DNA of 64,000 nt from Myxococcota bacterium (GTDB taxonomy: Bacteria > Myxococcota_A > UBA9160 > UBA6930): positions 1,856,001 to 1,920,000 of the forward strand of contig OZ245015.1 of the NCBI GenBank assembly GCA_965223705.1. Direction: 5' to 3'. The position numbers were made by a program, and so were the translations under genes. Numbering within the stretch: the stretch's first letter is position 1; the number at the start of each line of letters is the position of its first letter. The notes beneath the pieces are model-generated. The model saw nothing but the letters and a program-made list of their open reading frames with translations. It was not told where the DNA came from and ran no database searches. Below, piece after piece: positions 8,895 to 18,708 of the stretch.

Positions 8895-10010
8895 TCAGTT
8901 CCCCGCGCAGACCGCGTATACGTGCGGCCCGCAGACGAGTTCGAGTTCTTCTACCCGTTCTACGCGTTCGGCCTCTTGGGCAGCTGCGAGATCCGCAATG
9001 GCCGATCCTCCGGACAACTCTTCCTCCTTGGCGAGGAGGCTCGCCTGAATTGTCGCGAGCTCTTCGGCGGTGCAGCTCGGATCTTCTGCACACTCTCCCG
9101 CTTGAAGCTGAAGGACGGTAATTTGCTGTCGCACATCGAGCTGTCGCCGCGGGTCGTTGATGTGCTCAAGCAGTGCTGCCATCGCAGCCGCGTGGGTGGC
9201 CAGTAGCTCACGGTATGCCGCCTGGGCGGCGGGGTCGCCTGCGCAGTCTCCGAGCCCCGGTGGTGTGATGCCAGACCGGGTGACCATCCATGAGTCGCCG
9301 GACGGGTAGCTTCCCGTTACATCTCGCAAGCCCGAAAAACCGCCGCCGATGGCCCGTTGCCCCTCGTCGCAAGAGGCCTGTAGGACCAGCTCATCCTCAA
9401 AACTCTGCGTTCGCACGTAGACGACCATCGGACCCCCCGGCGGTCCTGCCGGTCCAACCGGACCCGTTTCGCCCGCCGGCCCGGCCGGCCCCATCTCGCC
9501 CGTCGGACCGGTCGCTCCAGTCGGACCTGTCGGTCCAGTCGGACCCGTTGCGCCCGTCGCACCTCTGGGACCTTCGGGTCCGGTCGGTCCGATTGCGCCT
9601 GGCGGACCCGCCTCGCCCGGACGGCCGGCGGGGCCTTCGGGACCTTCCGGGCCGACCAACGCGCGGGGGTCGAGCAACGTGACCTCAAAGCTGTCGATGT
9701 GCCAGGGTTTCCAACCGGTCGACACCACCAGTCGATAGTCACCGTCGGGAAGGACAGGCAGTACGGCAAAGATCTCGGTCGGGCTCACGTCGAGAACGCG
9801 GAGCGGGCCGAACTCTCCAAGCTTCACGCGCAGGTGACGCCGCCCGCGATCGAAGTGCTTTCCCCGGATCTGCAATTGACCATCCTCGTGAAGCACAAAC
9901 ACTTCGTCGATCTGCACCTTGCGCGGGCGCCGGTCGTCCGCACGGCTACGCTCCGGGGCCGCGGCCAGGAGCAGCGAAAGGCAAAGTGAAAGCAACAGGA
10001 TGCGACACAT
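8895..10010 (-). CDS. secreted collagen-like protein (Ig/IPT-like N-domain, Gly-X-Y tract, Cys-containing C-domain)
   Basis: ATG 10010 with signal peptide [40 protein letters not shown] Ig-like domain, then 24 G-X-Y triplets. Confidence 0.8.
   Translation of the reverse strand: MCRILLLSLCLSLLLAAAPERSRADDRRPRKVQIDEVFVLHEDGQLQIRGKHFDRGRRHLRVKLGEFGPLRVLDVSPTEIFAVLPVLPDGDYRLVVSTGWKPWHIDSFEVTLLDPRALVGPEGPEGPAGRPGEAGPPGAIGPTGPEGPRGATGATGPTGPTGPTGATGPTGEMGPAGPAGETGPVGPAGPPGGPMVVYVRTQSFEDELVLQASCDEGQRAIGGGFSGLRDVTGSYPSGDSWMVTRSGITPPGLGDCAGDPAAQAAYRELLATHAAAMAALLEHINDPRRQLDVRQQITVLQLQAGECAEDPSCTAEELATIQASLLAKEEELSGGSAIADLAAAQEAERVERVEELELVCGPHVYAVCAGN
9438..9653 (-). repeat. collagen Gly-X-Y coding repeat (24 triplets)
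   Basis: [18 protein letters not shown] ... GPV GPA GPP. Confidence 0.9.
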
Positions 10011-10145
10011 AACGATTCCCTCGTCGAATCGGGGTTCGGGTCGGCGAGTGAGTGTCGCGGCAGGCAATTTCGTGACGGAAGCAACGCCGCGCTGTTTTGA
10101 GAGGTATCGAAGCAAAAACGCGATCCTACGAGAAAGGATCCTGTG

Positions 10146-10937
10146 ATGGCCCTCCGACAGGTTCTCTTTGCACAACTTGATCCAGAGGAATGGCGCGGGC
10201 CCGACGTATCGCCCCTCAATGCTTTTATCCTCGGCGTCGTCGCCATAAGTATCGCGGTTGCCGTCCTCCAATCGGAGGCGCAGCTCGAGGAGCAGTACCG
10301 CTACGCATTTCGCGTATGCAACTTTGCGATCGGGACACTGTTCTCGATTGAGTACGTCATGCGACTCTGGGCGATGGGCGAGAAGCCCCGATACTCCGGA
10401 GCCGCCGGACGATTCCGGTACGCCGCCACCTGGCCGGCGGTACTCGATCTGATCGCGACCTTGGCAATCTGGGTCGATTTGTTCTCTGGGATGGCAGGGG
10501 TCTACGGCGTTCTCTTGAGGCTTCTCCGGGCGATCCGAATTCTCACGCTGACTCGGAACAGTCGGTTCGGAATCGCGATTCGCTTGCTCGCGACGGCAGT
10601 TCGGGAGAGACGCATCGAGCTGACGCTGAGCCTGCTTCTCGCGATCTTGGTCTTGCTGCTTTCCGCTGTGCTCCTCTATCTCGTCGAGGGCCATCTCGTC
10701 GAGGGCCATGCCCAACCGGAGGCCTTCGGGTCCATTCCGAGAGCGGCTTGGTGGTCGATGGCGACGCTCACGACCGTCGGCTACGGAGACGTCTACCCGG
10801 TCACAACGCTGGGAAAGCTATGCGCTGGGATCACCGCTCTCTCTTCGATCGCGATCGTCGCGATGCCGGCGGGGATCATGGCGGCGGCGTTCTCGGACGC
10901 CTTTCAGAACCTGAGTCACACCGACGACTCAGCGTAG
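10146..10937 (+). CDS. 6-TM voltage-gated-type potassium channel
   Basis: S4 [15 protein letters not shown], pore helix and filter [17 protein letters not shown]. Confidence 0.92.
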   Translation: MALRQVLFAQLDPEEWRGPDVSPLNAFILGVVAISIAVAVLQSEAQLEEQYRYAFRVCNFAIGTLFSIEYVMRLWAMGEKPRYSGAAGRFRYAATWPAVLDLIATLAIWVDLFSGMAGVYGVLLRLLRAIRILTLTRNSRFGIAIRLLATAVRERRIELTLSLLLAILVLLLSAVLLYLVEGHLVEGHAQPEAFGSIPRAAWWSMATLTTVGYGDVYPVTTLGKLCAGITALSSIAIVAMPAGIMAAAFSDAFQNLSHTDDSA

Positions 10938-10946
10938 CTGACCGGC

Positions 10947-12269
10947 TCACGGAAAGACGCCGCGGCGTCGCTTCGCTTCGGCGACGCGCCCCACGCCCAG
11001 CATGAGGGCGGCCGTCCGCAGATTGACGTCTTCCGAACGTGCACGTTCGAGGACGCTTTTGAATGCGCGTTGCATCAGGGAAATGAGGCGATTGTTCACC
11101 TCTTCTTCCGACCAGAAGAACTGCTGAAGTCCCTGCACCCATTCGAAGTACGACACCGTGACGCCGCCCGCGTTGGCGAGGATGTCGGGGACGACGAAGA
11201 TTCCGCGGTCGTCGAGGATCGCGTCGCCGGCGAGATCGGTGGGGCCGTTCGCGGCTTCGACGACGATGCGACATTGCAGGCGCTCTGCGTTGTCCGCGGT
11301 GATCTGGTTTTGCACGGCCGCCGGGATCAGGACGTCGCACGGGAGCTCGAGAAGCGTGCGGTTGTCGATGGCCTCGCTGTCGGGGAAGCCTTCGACGAAG
11401 TCGTGCGCCTCGACCCAGCGCTCGAGACTAGCGATGTCGATGCCGGCCTCTCGGTGGATCCCGCTTTTCACGTCGGAGACGGCGATGACGCGCGCGCCCA
11501 AGTGCGACGCGATTCGGGCCGCCGCAACACCGACCTGCCCGAAGCCCTGGATTACGATACGCGCTCCCTCGAGCTCGAGCGATTTCGCGCGGCATGCCTC
11601 CACCAAGCAGGTCACGACGCCACGTCCGGTCGCCTCGGCGCGCCCCTGCGAGCCGCCGATCTCGATGGGCTTCCCGGTGACGACTCCCGGTACGGCGTGT
11701 CCTTTCTGCTGGGAGTACGTATCGAGGATCCAGGCCATCACCTGCTCATCGGTGCCGAGGTCGGGAGCGGGGATGTCCCGGTCGGGGCCGATCATGTCAA
11801 TGATTTCCGAGGTGTAGCGACGGGTGATGCGCTGGAGCTCCGTCCGCGAAAGGCTCCGCGGATCGACCCGCACGCCGCCCTTGGCGCCGCCGAACGGAAG
11901 GCCCATGAGCGCGCACTTCCAGGTCATCCACATGGCGAGTGCGGTCACCTGGCCGAGCCCCACGTCGAGGTCGTAGCGAAGGCCGCCTTTGGTGGGACCC
12001 ATCGTGAGGAGATGTTGCACGCGGTAGCCGTAGACCGTCTCGACGGTGTGGTAGTTGTCGCGTCGGAAAGGGAACGAGACGACCAACGCGCGCTGAGGCG
12101 CGCGCAGGCGCTCCCAGATGTTGTCGTCGAGACCCATCCGCTCTGCCGTGCGGTCGAGTTGGTCGACCGCCAACCGATGCATCGGTGAGTCCCACTCGGC
12201 CGGTTCTTCAGTCGTCGCCACCGGGGGCGGTATCGCTACGTCATTCACGGTGGGGCCTCGCCTCCTCAT
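10947..12269 (-). CDS. gdhA: Glu/Leu/Phe/Val dehydrogenase (glutamate dehydrogenase)
   Basis: GPTKGGLR, LPFGGAKGG, DIPAPD, QGFGQVG, NAGGVTVSYFEW. The start may be GTG 12248. Confidence 0.9.
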   Translation of the reverse strand: MRRRGPTVNDVAIPPPVATTEEPAEWDSPMHRLAVDQLDRTAERMGLDDNIWERLRAPQRALVVSFPFRRDNYHTVETVYGYRVQHLLTMGPTKGGLRYDLDVGLGQVTALAMWMTWKCALMGLPFGGAKGGVRVDPRSLSRTELQRITRRYTSEIIDMIGPDRDIPAPDLGTDEQVMAWILDTYSQQKGHAVPGVVTGKPIEIGGSQGRAEATGRGVVTCLVEACRAKSLELEGARIVIQGFGQVGVAAARIASHLGARVIAVSDVKSGIHREAGIDIASLERWVEAHDFVEGFPDSEAIDNRTLLELPCDVLIPAAVQNQITADNAERLQCRIVVEAANGPTDLAGDAILDDRGIFVVPDILANAGGVTVSYFEWVQGLQQFFWSEEEVNNRLISLMQRAFKSVLERARSEDVNLRTAALMLGVGRVAEAKRRRGVFP

Positions 12270-12423
12270 GCGGCGCGCTAAGGTCGGGTCGACGAGATCA
12301 CCGACGCGTCACGCGCTTCGGGTGAACTTGATACCGTTCCAAGTGACCGCGGTCGATGTCGGCGTGGCCGAGTGCTCGCCGGGTCACCATCCTGCGCCAC
12401 GGCGTTTCGGGGAGTTTTGCGCC

Positions 12424-13572
12424 GTGGAGACGAGCCTTCGACCGAGACTGGCCATTGCGAGCGGCCTCGCGGCGCAAACCTCCGGAGCGTTGCCGATGGC
12501 GCTGGTGGGCGCGATCGCGCCGGAACTCCAGGCCGAATTCGCTTTTGGCGACTCGGAGCTCGGCATCATCGCCGCGTTGTACTTCCTTTCCGCCGCGCTC
12601 CTCGGCCCTTACGGCGGGCGACTCGTCGATCGCATGGGACCGGCGCTGGGTCTGCGCGCGACGGGTGCGATCGTCGCCACGAGTCTCGTCGTTCAGGCGA
12701 CCGCCGATTCCCTCGCGATGTTCGTCGTGGGTTCGCTGCTTGGCGCGATGTCGATGGCGCTCGCGACGCCCGCCTCGAACGTCGCGCTCTTGCACCACGT
12801 CGCGGAAGCGCGGCGCGGCTTGGCCTTTGGCGTCAAACAATCCGCGGTCCCGCTGGCGGCGACCTTGTCGGGGCTGGCCTTGCCCTTGGTGGCGCTGCGC
12901 GCGGGCTGGCGCTGGGCGTTCGCGGTGATGATCGTCTTTCCACTGGCGAGCTTGTTATTCGCTCCGAAGACGCCGGTCGAACACCGAGCGTACGGCGCGC
13001 GTCCCTCACAAAGACCGAGACCGCCGCGCACGTTGCTGATGTTGGCGGGCGTCGGTGTCTTCGCGGCGACGGCTGTCGGAACACTCAACCCGTTCCTGGT
13101 CCGCGCCGGAATCGAAGCCGGCTTCTCCACCGGAGCCGCCGGCGTGCTTCTCGGAGTGGCCGCCGCGAGCCTGATCGTGAGCCGTGTCCTCTGGGGCGCC
13201 GTCCTCGACCGCACGGGTATCGAACCGATCGTGGTGATCTTCGGGCTGCTCGGCGTCGGGGCGTTCGGGTACGCGTTGCTCGCAACGTCATCCCTCGTTC
13301 CTTTCGCGGTGGGTGCGGTGATCGCGTACGCGTTCGGCTGGGCCTGGCCGGGCGTTCAGTTCCTCGCCGGGGTTCGGCTGTGGCCTGAGAATCCGGGTGA
13401 AGCGAGCGGACTGTTGCAGATGGGGGCCTTTGTCGGAGCGACCGTCGGCCCGCTCGGGTTCGGTTTTCTCGCCGAGCGGACGAGCTTCGCCACGGGCTAT
13501 GCCGCGTCCGCTCTCTTCGCCGCCTTGGCAGCCGGGCTCGCTGCCCTCCTGGTCCGCAACGTCCGCCGTTAG
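12424..13572 (+). CDS. MFS transporter
   Basis: About 12 hydrophobic segments and motif A GRLVDRMG. Start taken as GTG 12424 because the longer ORF overlaps gdh. Confidence 0.85.
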   Translation: METSLRPRLAIASGLAAQTSGALPMALVGAIAPELQAEFAFGDSELGIIAALYFLSAALLGPYGGRLVDRMGPALGLRATGAIVATSLVVQATADSLAMFVVGSLLGAMSMALATPASNVALLHHVAEARRGLAFGVKQSAVPLAATLSGLALPLVALRAGWRWAFAVMIVFPLASLLFAPKTPVEHRAYGARPSQRPRPPRTLLMLAGVGVFAATAVGTLNPFLVRAGIEAGFSTGAAGVLLGVAAASLIVSRVLWGAVLDRTGIEPIVVIFGLLGVGAFGYALLATSSLVPFAVGAVIAYAFGWAWPGVQFLAGVRLWPENPGEASGLLQMGAFVGATVGPLGFGFLAERTSFATGYAASALFAALAAGLAALLVRNVRR

Positions 13573-14009
13573 GGCGCAGCCACCACAGCCACCGCTTCGA
13601 TCTCTACCCGCCATTCCGGAAGCGCCAGCGACTGCACACCGATGAGCGTACTCGCCGGCATGTCCGTGTCCCCCATGAATTCCTTGCGAACTGTGCGAAA
13701 CGCTTCGAGATCTTCCGGCCGGTAATCGACGATAAAGGTCGTGGTCTTCACGATGTCGGCGTAGGACGCGCCCGCTGCCGCGAGCTGCTCGCCGAGGCGC
13801 GTATAGACGGATCGCAGCTGTGCGGTCAGGGAGTCCCCGTCCCCAATCTGGCCCGAGATGTAGATCGTCTTCATCCCGCCGTGGGTGACGGCCACGGCCT
13901 GGGAGTAGCCGGTGGCGGGGTTGATGATCTGCCGCTTGATTCCGTTGGCGTTGGCGGCGAGGGGCCACAAAACGAGTAGGGGCAACAAGAGGTATCGATG
14001 GAGTCGCAT
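13569..14009 (-). CDS. RidA/YjgF/UK114 family protein with N-terminal signal peptide
   Basis: YSQAV, IYISGQI, DIVKTTTF, PASTLIGVQSLA, VEIEAVAV. ATG 14009 with GGA RBS. Confidence 0.85.
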   Translation of the reverse strand: MRLHRYLLLPLLVLWPLAANANGIKRQIINPATGYSQAVAVTHGGMKTIYISGQIGDGDSLTAQLRSVYTRLGEQLAAAGASYADIVKTTTFIVDYRPEDLEAFRTVRKEFMGDTDMPASTLIGVQSLALPEWRVEIEAVAVVAAP

Positions 14010-14022
14010 CGGAGTTCCTTTC

Positions 14023-14394
14023 TCAATCGGGCAGGGGCGCAAAGCACGGCGTGCGGCCGTCGGGAAGTGCGTCGCAGCGCGCGATGCGACTGCGCGCATT
14101 CGGATCGACCGGAATCGTTACGGCGTAGACGCCATCGTCGCCGCAATCGATGTTCCAAAAAGCCTCGCGCGTTTTTCCGAGCCCCTGAAAGTAGATCCGA
14201 CGCGCGGCGGGACACGCCTTTCCGCTGGCCTCGAGAAGGCCGGCGAGGGCGACGCGGCGGTCGCCGCGAGGCGCTTCCATCAAGACATCGTGGACGATGT
14301 TGCCCGTCCGCTCCGAAGCGTTGCAAGCGGTGCAGCCGACGATTGCCAGGCCCGCGACGAGTCGAGCGATCTTTGCGCGGCGAACAGCGTGCAT
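14023..14394 (-). CDS. hypothetical Cys-rich exported protein / possible lipoprotein
   Basis: ATG 14394, hydrophobic N-terminus LVAGLAIVGCTAC, four further Cys. Ends 13 bp before the Rid gene start. Confidence 0.55.
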   Translation of the reverse strand: MHAVRRAKIARLVAGLAIVGCTACNASERTGNIVHDVLMEAPRGDRRVALAGLLEASGKACPAARRIYFQGLGKTREAFWNIDCGDDGVYAVTIPVDPNARSRIARCDALPDGRTPCFAPLPD

Positions 14395-14454
14395 CTGCGC
14401 GACGATAACGCAACGAAATCGACCGCGAACGCGGTTACTGAAAGGGAGGTCGCC

Positions 14455-15183
14455 ATGGCGAAGCCGGTCTGCGTGTTGATTGGGGCGGGAGAGGGGCTCG
14501 GCCAATCCCTCGCCAAGAAGTTCGCCGCCGAAGGGTTTCGGATCGGTCTCATCTCTCGCTCCGAGGCGGGGAGCGGCGCCGCCCTTCGCGAGGCGCGAGC
14601 GGCCGGGGGCGATGATGCGGCGGCATTCTTCGCGGCGGACGCTCGGGATCCGGCTTCGATCGAAGCGGCGTGCGCCGAAAGCGCGAAACAGCTCGGGCCC
14701 GCGGAGGCGCTGATCTACAACGTGCGCGGTTACTACGCGCCAAAGTCGCCTCTCGAGCTCGCGTACGAAGAGCTCGAGATCAACTTCCAGGAAGAAGTGG
14801 TGGGGGCACTCGCCGCGGCGAAGGCCGTGATGCCGGCGATGATCGAAGCGGGTACCGGAACGATCATCTATTCGAGCGCGACCGCCGCCTTGCGCGGGTC
14901 GAAGAGCAATCCGCTGTACGCGCTCGGGAAGTTCGGGCTTCGCTCACTTTCGCAGAGCTTGGCCAAGGCCTACGCGTCGGACGGCGTGCACGTCGTCCAC
15001 GTGCGCCTCGACTGTACCCTCGATACGCCCGGAATCCGCGAGTACTACCCGAGCATCAAGACGGAAGAAATGTCGAACACGGATGACGTGGCCGAGACCT
15101 ATTACTGGGTCCATCGGCAACCTCGATCCGCTTGGAGCAACGAGATCGAGTTGCGGCCCTACACCGAGGAGTGGACGTTCTGA
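14455..15183 (+). CDS. SDR family oxidoreductase
   Basis: GGAGG RBS, ATG 14455. IGAGEGLG, SSATAALRG, YALGKFG. Confidence 0.9.
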   Translation: MAKPVCVLIGAGEGLGQSLAKKFAAEGFRIGLISRSEAGSGAALREARAAGGDDAAAFFAADARDPASIEAACAESAKQLGPAEALIYNVRGYYAPKSPLELAYEELEINFQEEVVGALAAAKAVMPAMIEAGTGTIIYSSATAALRGSKSNPLYALGKFGLRSLSQSLAKAYASDGVHVVHVRLDCTLDTPGIREYYPSIKTEEMSNTDDVAETYYWVHRQPRSAWSNEIELRPYTEEWTF

Positions 15184-15196
15184 GCGTTCGCGCCCG

Positions 15197-17029
15197 CTAG
15201 CGGATCTCGCATCCCTCGAGCTCGCCGCTCTCGCGCCAGGCATCGAGGATCTGAAAGAACTTGATCGGGCCCGCACCGTAGCTTCCCGAAAAGAAGCCGT
15301 TCGGGTTCCCGGCCTTGCCCTCGTTGTTGTAGTAGCCCGGTGTGCACTCGGCGCGGAACTTCTCGCCGAGCTTGGCCTTGCTCTCCATTTCGCGCACCCA
15401 CGCTTCTTCGCCTTCGACGGTCGCCTCGACGAGCGTTCCGCCGCGACGCTTGGTCTCGTTCAAGATGTAGGTGACGTGGCGGGCTTGTTCGTTCAGCGCC
15501 ATCGGAACGTTGACGGTCACCGCACTCTGGGTGAAACCGAGGAAGAAGCAGTTCGGAAAACCATGGGTCTGCAGCCCGTGGAGCGTTCGCAGCCCTTCTT
15601 CCCATTTATCGCTCAGCGCCTGTCCGTCGCGGCCGACGATGTCGTAGCCCGCACGGCGCGTGTAGGACGTTCCGACCTCGAACCCGGTCGCGAAGATGAG
15701 GCAATCGAGTTCGTACTCGGTGCCGTTCGCGACGACGCCGCGCTCGTAGATGCGCTCGACGCCGCGGCCTTCCGTGTCGACGAGATCGACGTTCGGCAGG
15801 TTGAAGGTCGGCAGATATTCGTCGTGAAAGCACGGTCGCTTGCAGAACTGCCGGTACCAGGGCTTGAGCTGCTCGGCGGTCGCCGGATCTTCGACGATCG
15901 CCTCTGCCCGCGCGCGCACCGCGTTCATTTTCTTGTAGTCGGCGAGCTCCATCAGCTCCGCGCGCTCGCCCGGCGTGAGGCGTCGACCGAGCGTCCGCGA
16001 TGCCGTCTTCGCCGCGACACCCGTCAGGTTGCGAAAGATGTCCGTCCATCCGTCGGCGACGAGATCTTCGTCTTGGTCGCCGCCCGAGACGAGGGTATTG
16101 AAGTTGTGCATCCGGCGTTCTTGCCAGCCCGGTTGCAGAGACTCGGCCCACTCGGGATCGGTCTCGCGGTTGTTTCGCACGTCGATCGACGACGGGGTGC
16201 GCTGGAAGACGTAGAGATGTTTCGCCGAGGCTCCTAGGTGCGGAATGCACTGCACGGCGGTCGCTCCCGTGCCGATGATGCCGACGCGCTTGTCCCGCAG
16301 ACCCGTCAGGTTTCCGTTCGCGTCGCCTCCGGTGTATGCGTAGTCCCAACGGCTGGTGTGGAACGTGTGGCCTTGGAACCGATCGATCCCGGGGATGCCT
16401 GGGAGCTTCGGCCGAGAGAGCGGCCCGTTCGCCATCGCGACGAACTGCGCGGTCATCCGGTCGCCGCGGTCCGTCTCGATCGTCCAACGCCGCTCCTCCT
16501 CGTCCCATCGCATGCCCGTGACCGTCGTCTGGAGCAACGCGTTGTCGTAGAGACGGAAGTGTCGGGCGATCGCCTTCGAGTGCTCCATGATCTCGGGAGC
16601 GAACGAGTATTTGTGCTTCGGGACGTAGTTGAGCTCTTCCAGCATCGGCAGGTAGCAGTACGACTCGACGTCGCACATGGCACCGGGATAGCGGTTCCAG
16701 TACCAGGTCCCGCCAAAGTCGCCCCCCTGTTCGATGACCCGCAAATCTTCGTAGCCCGCTTCGCGCAGACGGCCGCCCATGAGGAGCCCGCCGAAGCCGC
16801 CGCCGATGATGACGACCTCGACGTGATCCGAGACCGGCTCGCGCGCGGTGCGTGCGCAGTAGGGATCGTCGACGTAGTTCGAGAAGTCGCCTTTGACCTC
16901 GATGTACTGATCGTTCGCGTCGTCGCGCAGGCGCCGATCGCGCTCTTCGAGGTAGCGCGCTTTGAGCGCGGCGGGATCGAAATCGATCTCGCCCAAGGTT
17001 TCGAGAAGTACGTCGTTAAGAGCTGTCAT
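15197..17029 (-). CDS. type I Baeyer-Villiger monooxygenase
   Basis: GGGFGG, GGTWYWNRYPG, BVMO fingerprint FQGHTFHTSRW, GTGATAVQ, ATGF. Confidence 0.93.
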   Translation of the reverse strand: MTALNDVLLETLGEIDFDPAALKARYLEERDRRLRDDANDQYIEVKGDFSNYVDDPYCARTAREPVSDHVEVVIIGGGFGGLLMGGRLREAGYEDLRVIEQGGDFGGTWYWNRYPGAMCDVESYCYLPMLEELNYVPKHKYSFAPEIMEHSKAIARHFRLYDNALLQTTVTGMRWDEEERRWTIETDRGDRMTAQFVAMANGPLSRPKLPGIPGIDRFQGHTFHTSRWDYAYTGGDANGNLTGLRDKRVGIIGTGATAVQCIPHLGASAKHLYVFQRTPSSIDVRNNRETDPEWAESLQPGWQERRMHNFNTLVSGGDQDEDLVADGWTDIFRNLTGVAAKTASRTLGRRLTPGERAELMELADYKKMNAVRARAEAIVEDPATAEQLKPWYRQFCKRPCFHDEYLPTFNLPNVDLVDTEGRGVERIYERGVVANGTEYELDCLIFATGFEVGTSYTRRAGYDIVGRDGQALSDKWEEGLRTLHGLQTHGFPNCFFLGFTQSAVTVNVPMALNEQARHVTYILNETKRRGGTLVEATVEGEEAWVREMESKAKLGEKFRAECTPGYYNNEGKAGNPNGFFSGSYGAGPIKFFQILDAWRESGELEGCEIR

Positions 17030-17059
17030 GACGGGAGGTTAGCAGAATCTAATACTCGT

Positions 17060-18298
17060 TCAAAAACGTGCGAGCGCCTCCAGGCGGGATGAGAACAAGC
17101 GTTTGACCGCCTCGTTGTCGGTCAAGTCGCGGGCGCGTTCATATTCGGTGCGGGCTTCTGCGTACCGCTCGAGACGCCGCAGGAGATCCGCACGGGCGGC
17201 GTGGAATTCCGGCGTCTGGTCGAGTGATTCCGCCAGCGCCGAAACGTCGTCGAGGACGGCGTCCGCCGGCTCGATCTGCGCGCGCGCGATTGCCCAATTG
17301 AGTTGCACGACCGGCGAGGGAGCCCGTTCGGCGAGCGCGGCGTACAGCCCCACGATTTGCGTCCAATCCGTCGCCTCGAAACTTTCCGCCTCGGCGTGGA
17401 GAGCGCTGATCGCGGCCTGGATCTGATAGGGGCCCGGTTGTCGGAACGCGAGCGCGTGGCGCAGCGTGGCCGTGCCGTCTTCGATTTTGTCGCGATCCCA
17501 CAGCGCGCGGTCCTGTTCGTCGAGAGGAACGATCGCGCCGTCCGCCGCCACGCGTCCTGGCCTCCGCGCTTCGTGAAGCGTCATCAAGGCGAATAAACCG
17601 TCGTTCTCGGGATGGGGAATGAACTGCCGGAGCAAATCTGCGAGCCGCAGGGCTTCGTGGCAGAGGTCCGCGCGGGTCGCCGCATCGCCGACCGTCGCGG
17701 AGTGACCCTCGTTGTAGATCAGGTACAAGACCGCCTGCACCGCGGCGAGCCTCTCGGGCAACGCTTCGGGCGGGGGCACGCGGTAGGGGATACCCGCGTC
17801 GCGAATCTTTCGCTTCGCCCGCACCAGACGCTGGGCCAGCGTGGTTTCCGAGACGACGAAGGCGCGAGCGATCTCGCGCGGGGTCAAACCGGCGAGGGTT
17901 CGCAGCGTCAACGCGACCTGGTGTTCCCGACGCAGGGCGGGGTGGCAGCACGTGAACATCAAACGCAGGCGCTCGTCGGGGATCCCTTCATCATCGTGCT
18001 CGTCGAGGAGCGCCTCTTCATGGGAAACCGCGTTCATCGCGGCCGCGCTCTTTTGACGTTGCGCGCTGCGCCGCATCCGGTCGATCGCGCGACGGCGAGC
18101 GACTGTCAGGAGCCAGGCGCCCGGTTTGCGGGGCGAGCCCTCGCGCCGCCACGTCGACAGCGCCTGGGACACGGCGTCTTGAAGCGCTTCCTCCGCGAGA
18201 TCGAAGTCTCCGAAGCGCGCGATGAGCGAAGCCAACACCTGGCCCGATTCTTCGCGAAAAACTCGGGCCAGGTGTTCGTCTGACGGCGATTCACTCAC
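17060..18298 (-). CDS. ECF sigma factor with C-terminal TPR-like extension (ECF42-like)
   Basis: GTG 18298 overlapping the YciI stop. AEEALQDA, IPDERLRLMFTCCHPAL, AQRLVRAKRKI, GPYQIQAAISALH. Confidence 0.9.
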   Translation of the reverse strand: MSESPSDEHLARVFREESGQVLASLIARFGDFDLAEEALQDAVSQALSTWRREGSPRKPGAWLLTVARRRAIDRMRRSAQRQKSAAAMNAVSHEEALLDEHDDEGIPDERLRLMFTCCHPALRREHQVALTLRTLAGLTPREIARAFVVSETTLAQRLVRAKRKIRDAGIPYRVPPPEALPERLAAVQAVLYLIYNEGHSATVGDAATRADLCHEALRLADLLRQFIPHPENDGLFALMTLHEARRPGRVAADGAIVPLDEQDRALWDRDKIEDGTATLRHALAFRQPGPYQIQAAISALHAEAESFEATDWTQIVGLYAALAERAPSPVVQLNWAIARAQIEPADAVLDDVSALAESLDQTPEFHAARADLLRRLERYAEARTEYERARDLTDNEAVKRLFSSRLEALARF

Positions 18299-18621
18299 GC
18301 GCTGACGAGAATGGGCCGGACTTCGATCGTGCCGCCTTGGGCGTCGGGGATGCGCGCGGCGATCTCGATCGCTTCGTCGAGGTCGCTGCACTCGAGGACG
18401 TAGTAGCCGCTCAGTTGCTCTTTGCTCTCAATGAACGGTCCGTCCGTCGTCATGGTGTTGCCATCGGCGCCAACCCGGACACACGTCGCGGTGCTCGCCG
18501 GTTGAAGCGCGTTCCCGGAGTGGAAGTTTCCCTTGGCGATGATGTCCTGGGTGAACGGCCCGTAGGCTTCCATCCCTTTATCGCTTTCGGGGTCGCAGAA
18601 GATCAGGGCGATGTACTGCAT
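18295..18621 (-). CDS. YciI / DGPF family protein
   Basis: TDGPFIESKEQLSGYY, IEVRP. Typical ECF42 partner gene. Confidence 0.9.
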   Translation of the reverse strand: MQYIALIFCDPESDKGMEAYGPFTQDIIAKGNFHSGNALQPASTATCVRVGADGNTMTTDGPFIESKEQLSGYYVLECSDLDEAIEIAARIPDAQGGTIEVRPILVSA

Positions 18622-18666
18622 CGTTTGGGTCTCCTATGCGGCGCGTTGTGGCGCCGTCAACGGAAC

Positions 18667-18693
18667 GTCGCGCGAGCCCGGCGAAAAACGACA
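18667..18693 (-). promoter_or_regulatory. putative ECF42-type autoregulatory promoter
   Basis: Minus strand TGTCGT-N17-CGAC upstream of the DGPF-sigma operon, close to the ECF42 consensus as I recall it (-35 TGTCGA, -10 CGA/TC). Confidence 0.55.
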
Positions 18694-18708
18694 CACGCCG
18701 CAGGCGGG

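Noticed and set aside
10011..10715. N-terminal extension of the collagen-like ORF to 606 aa
   Set aside because: It is antisense to the K+ channel gene. The signal peptide and RBS point to ATG 10010.
12379..12389. CCGGGTCACCA matching the tRNA-Arg 3' end (possible attR)
   Set aside because: Only 11 bp and GC-rich, no integrase nearby, and the implied island would include housekeeping gdhA. Chance is plausible.
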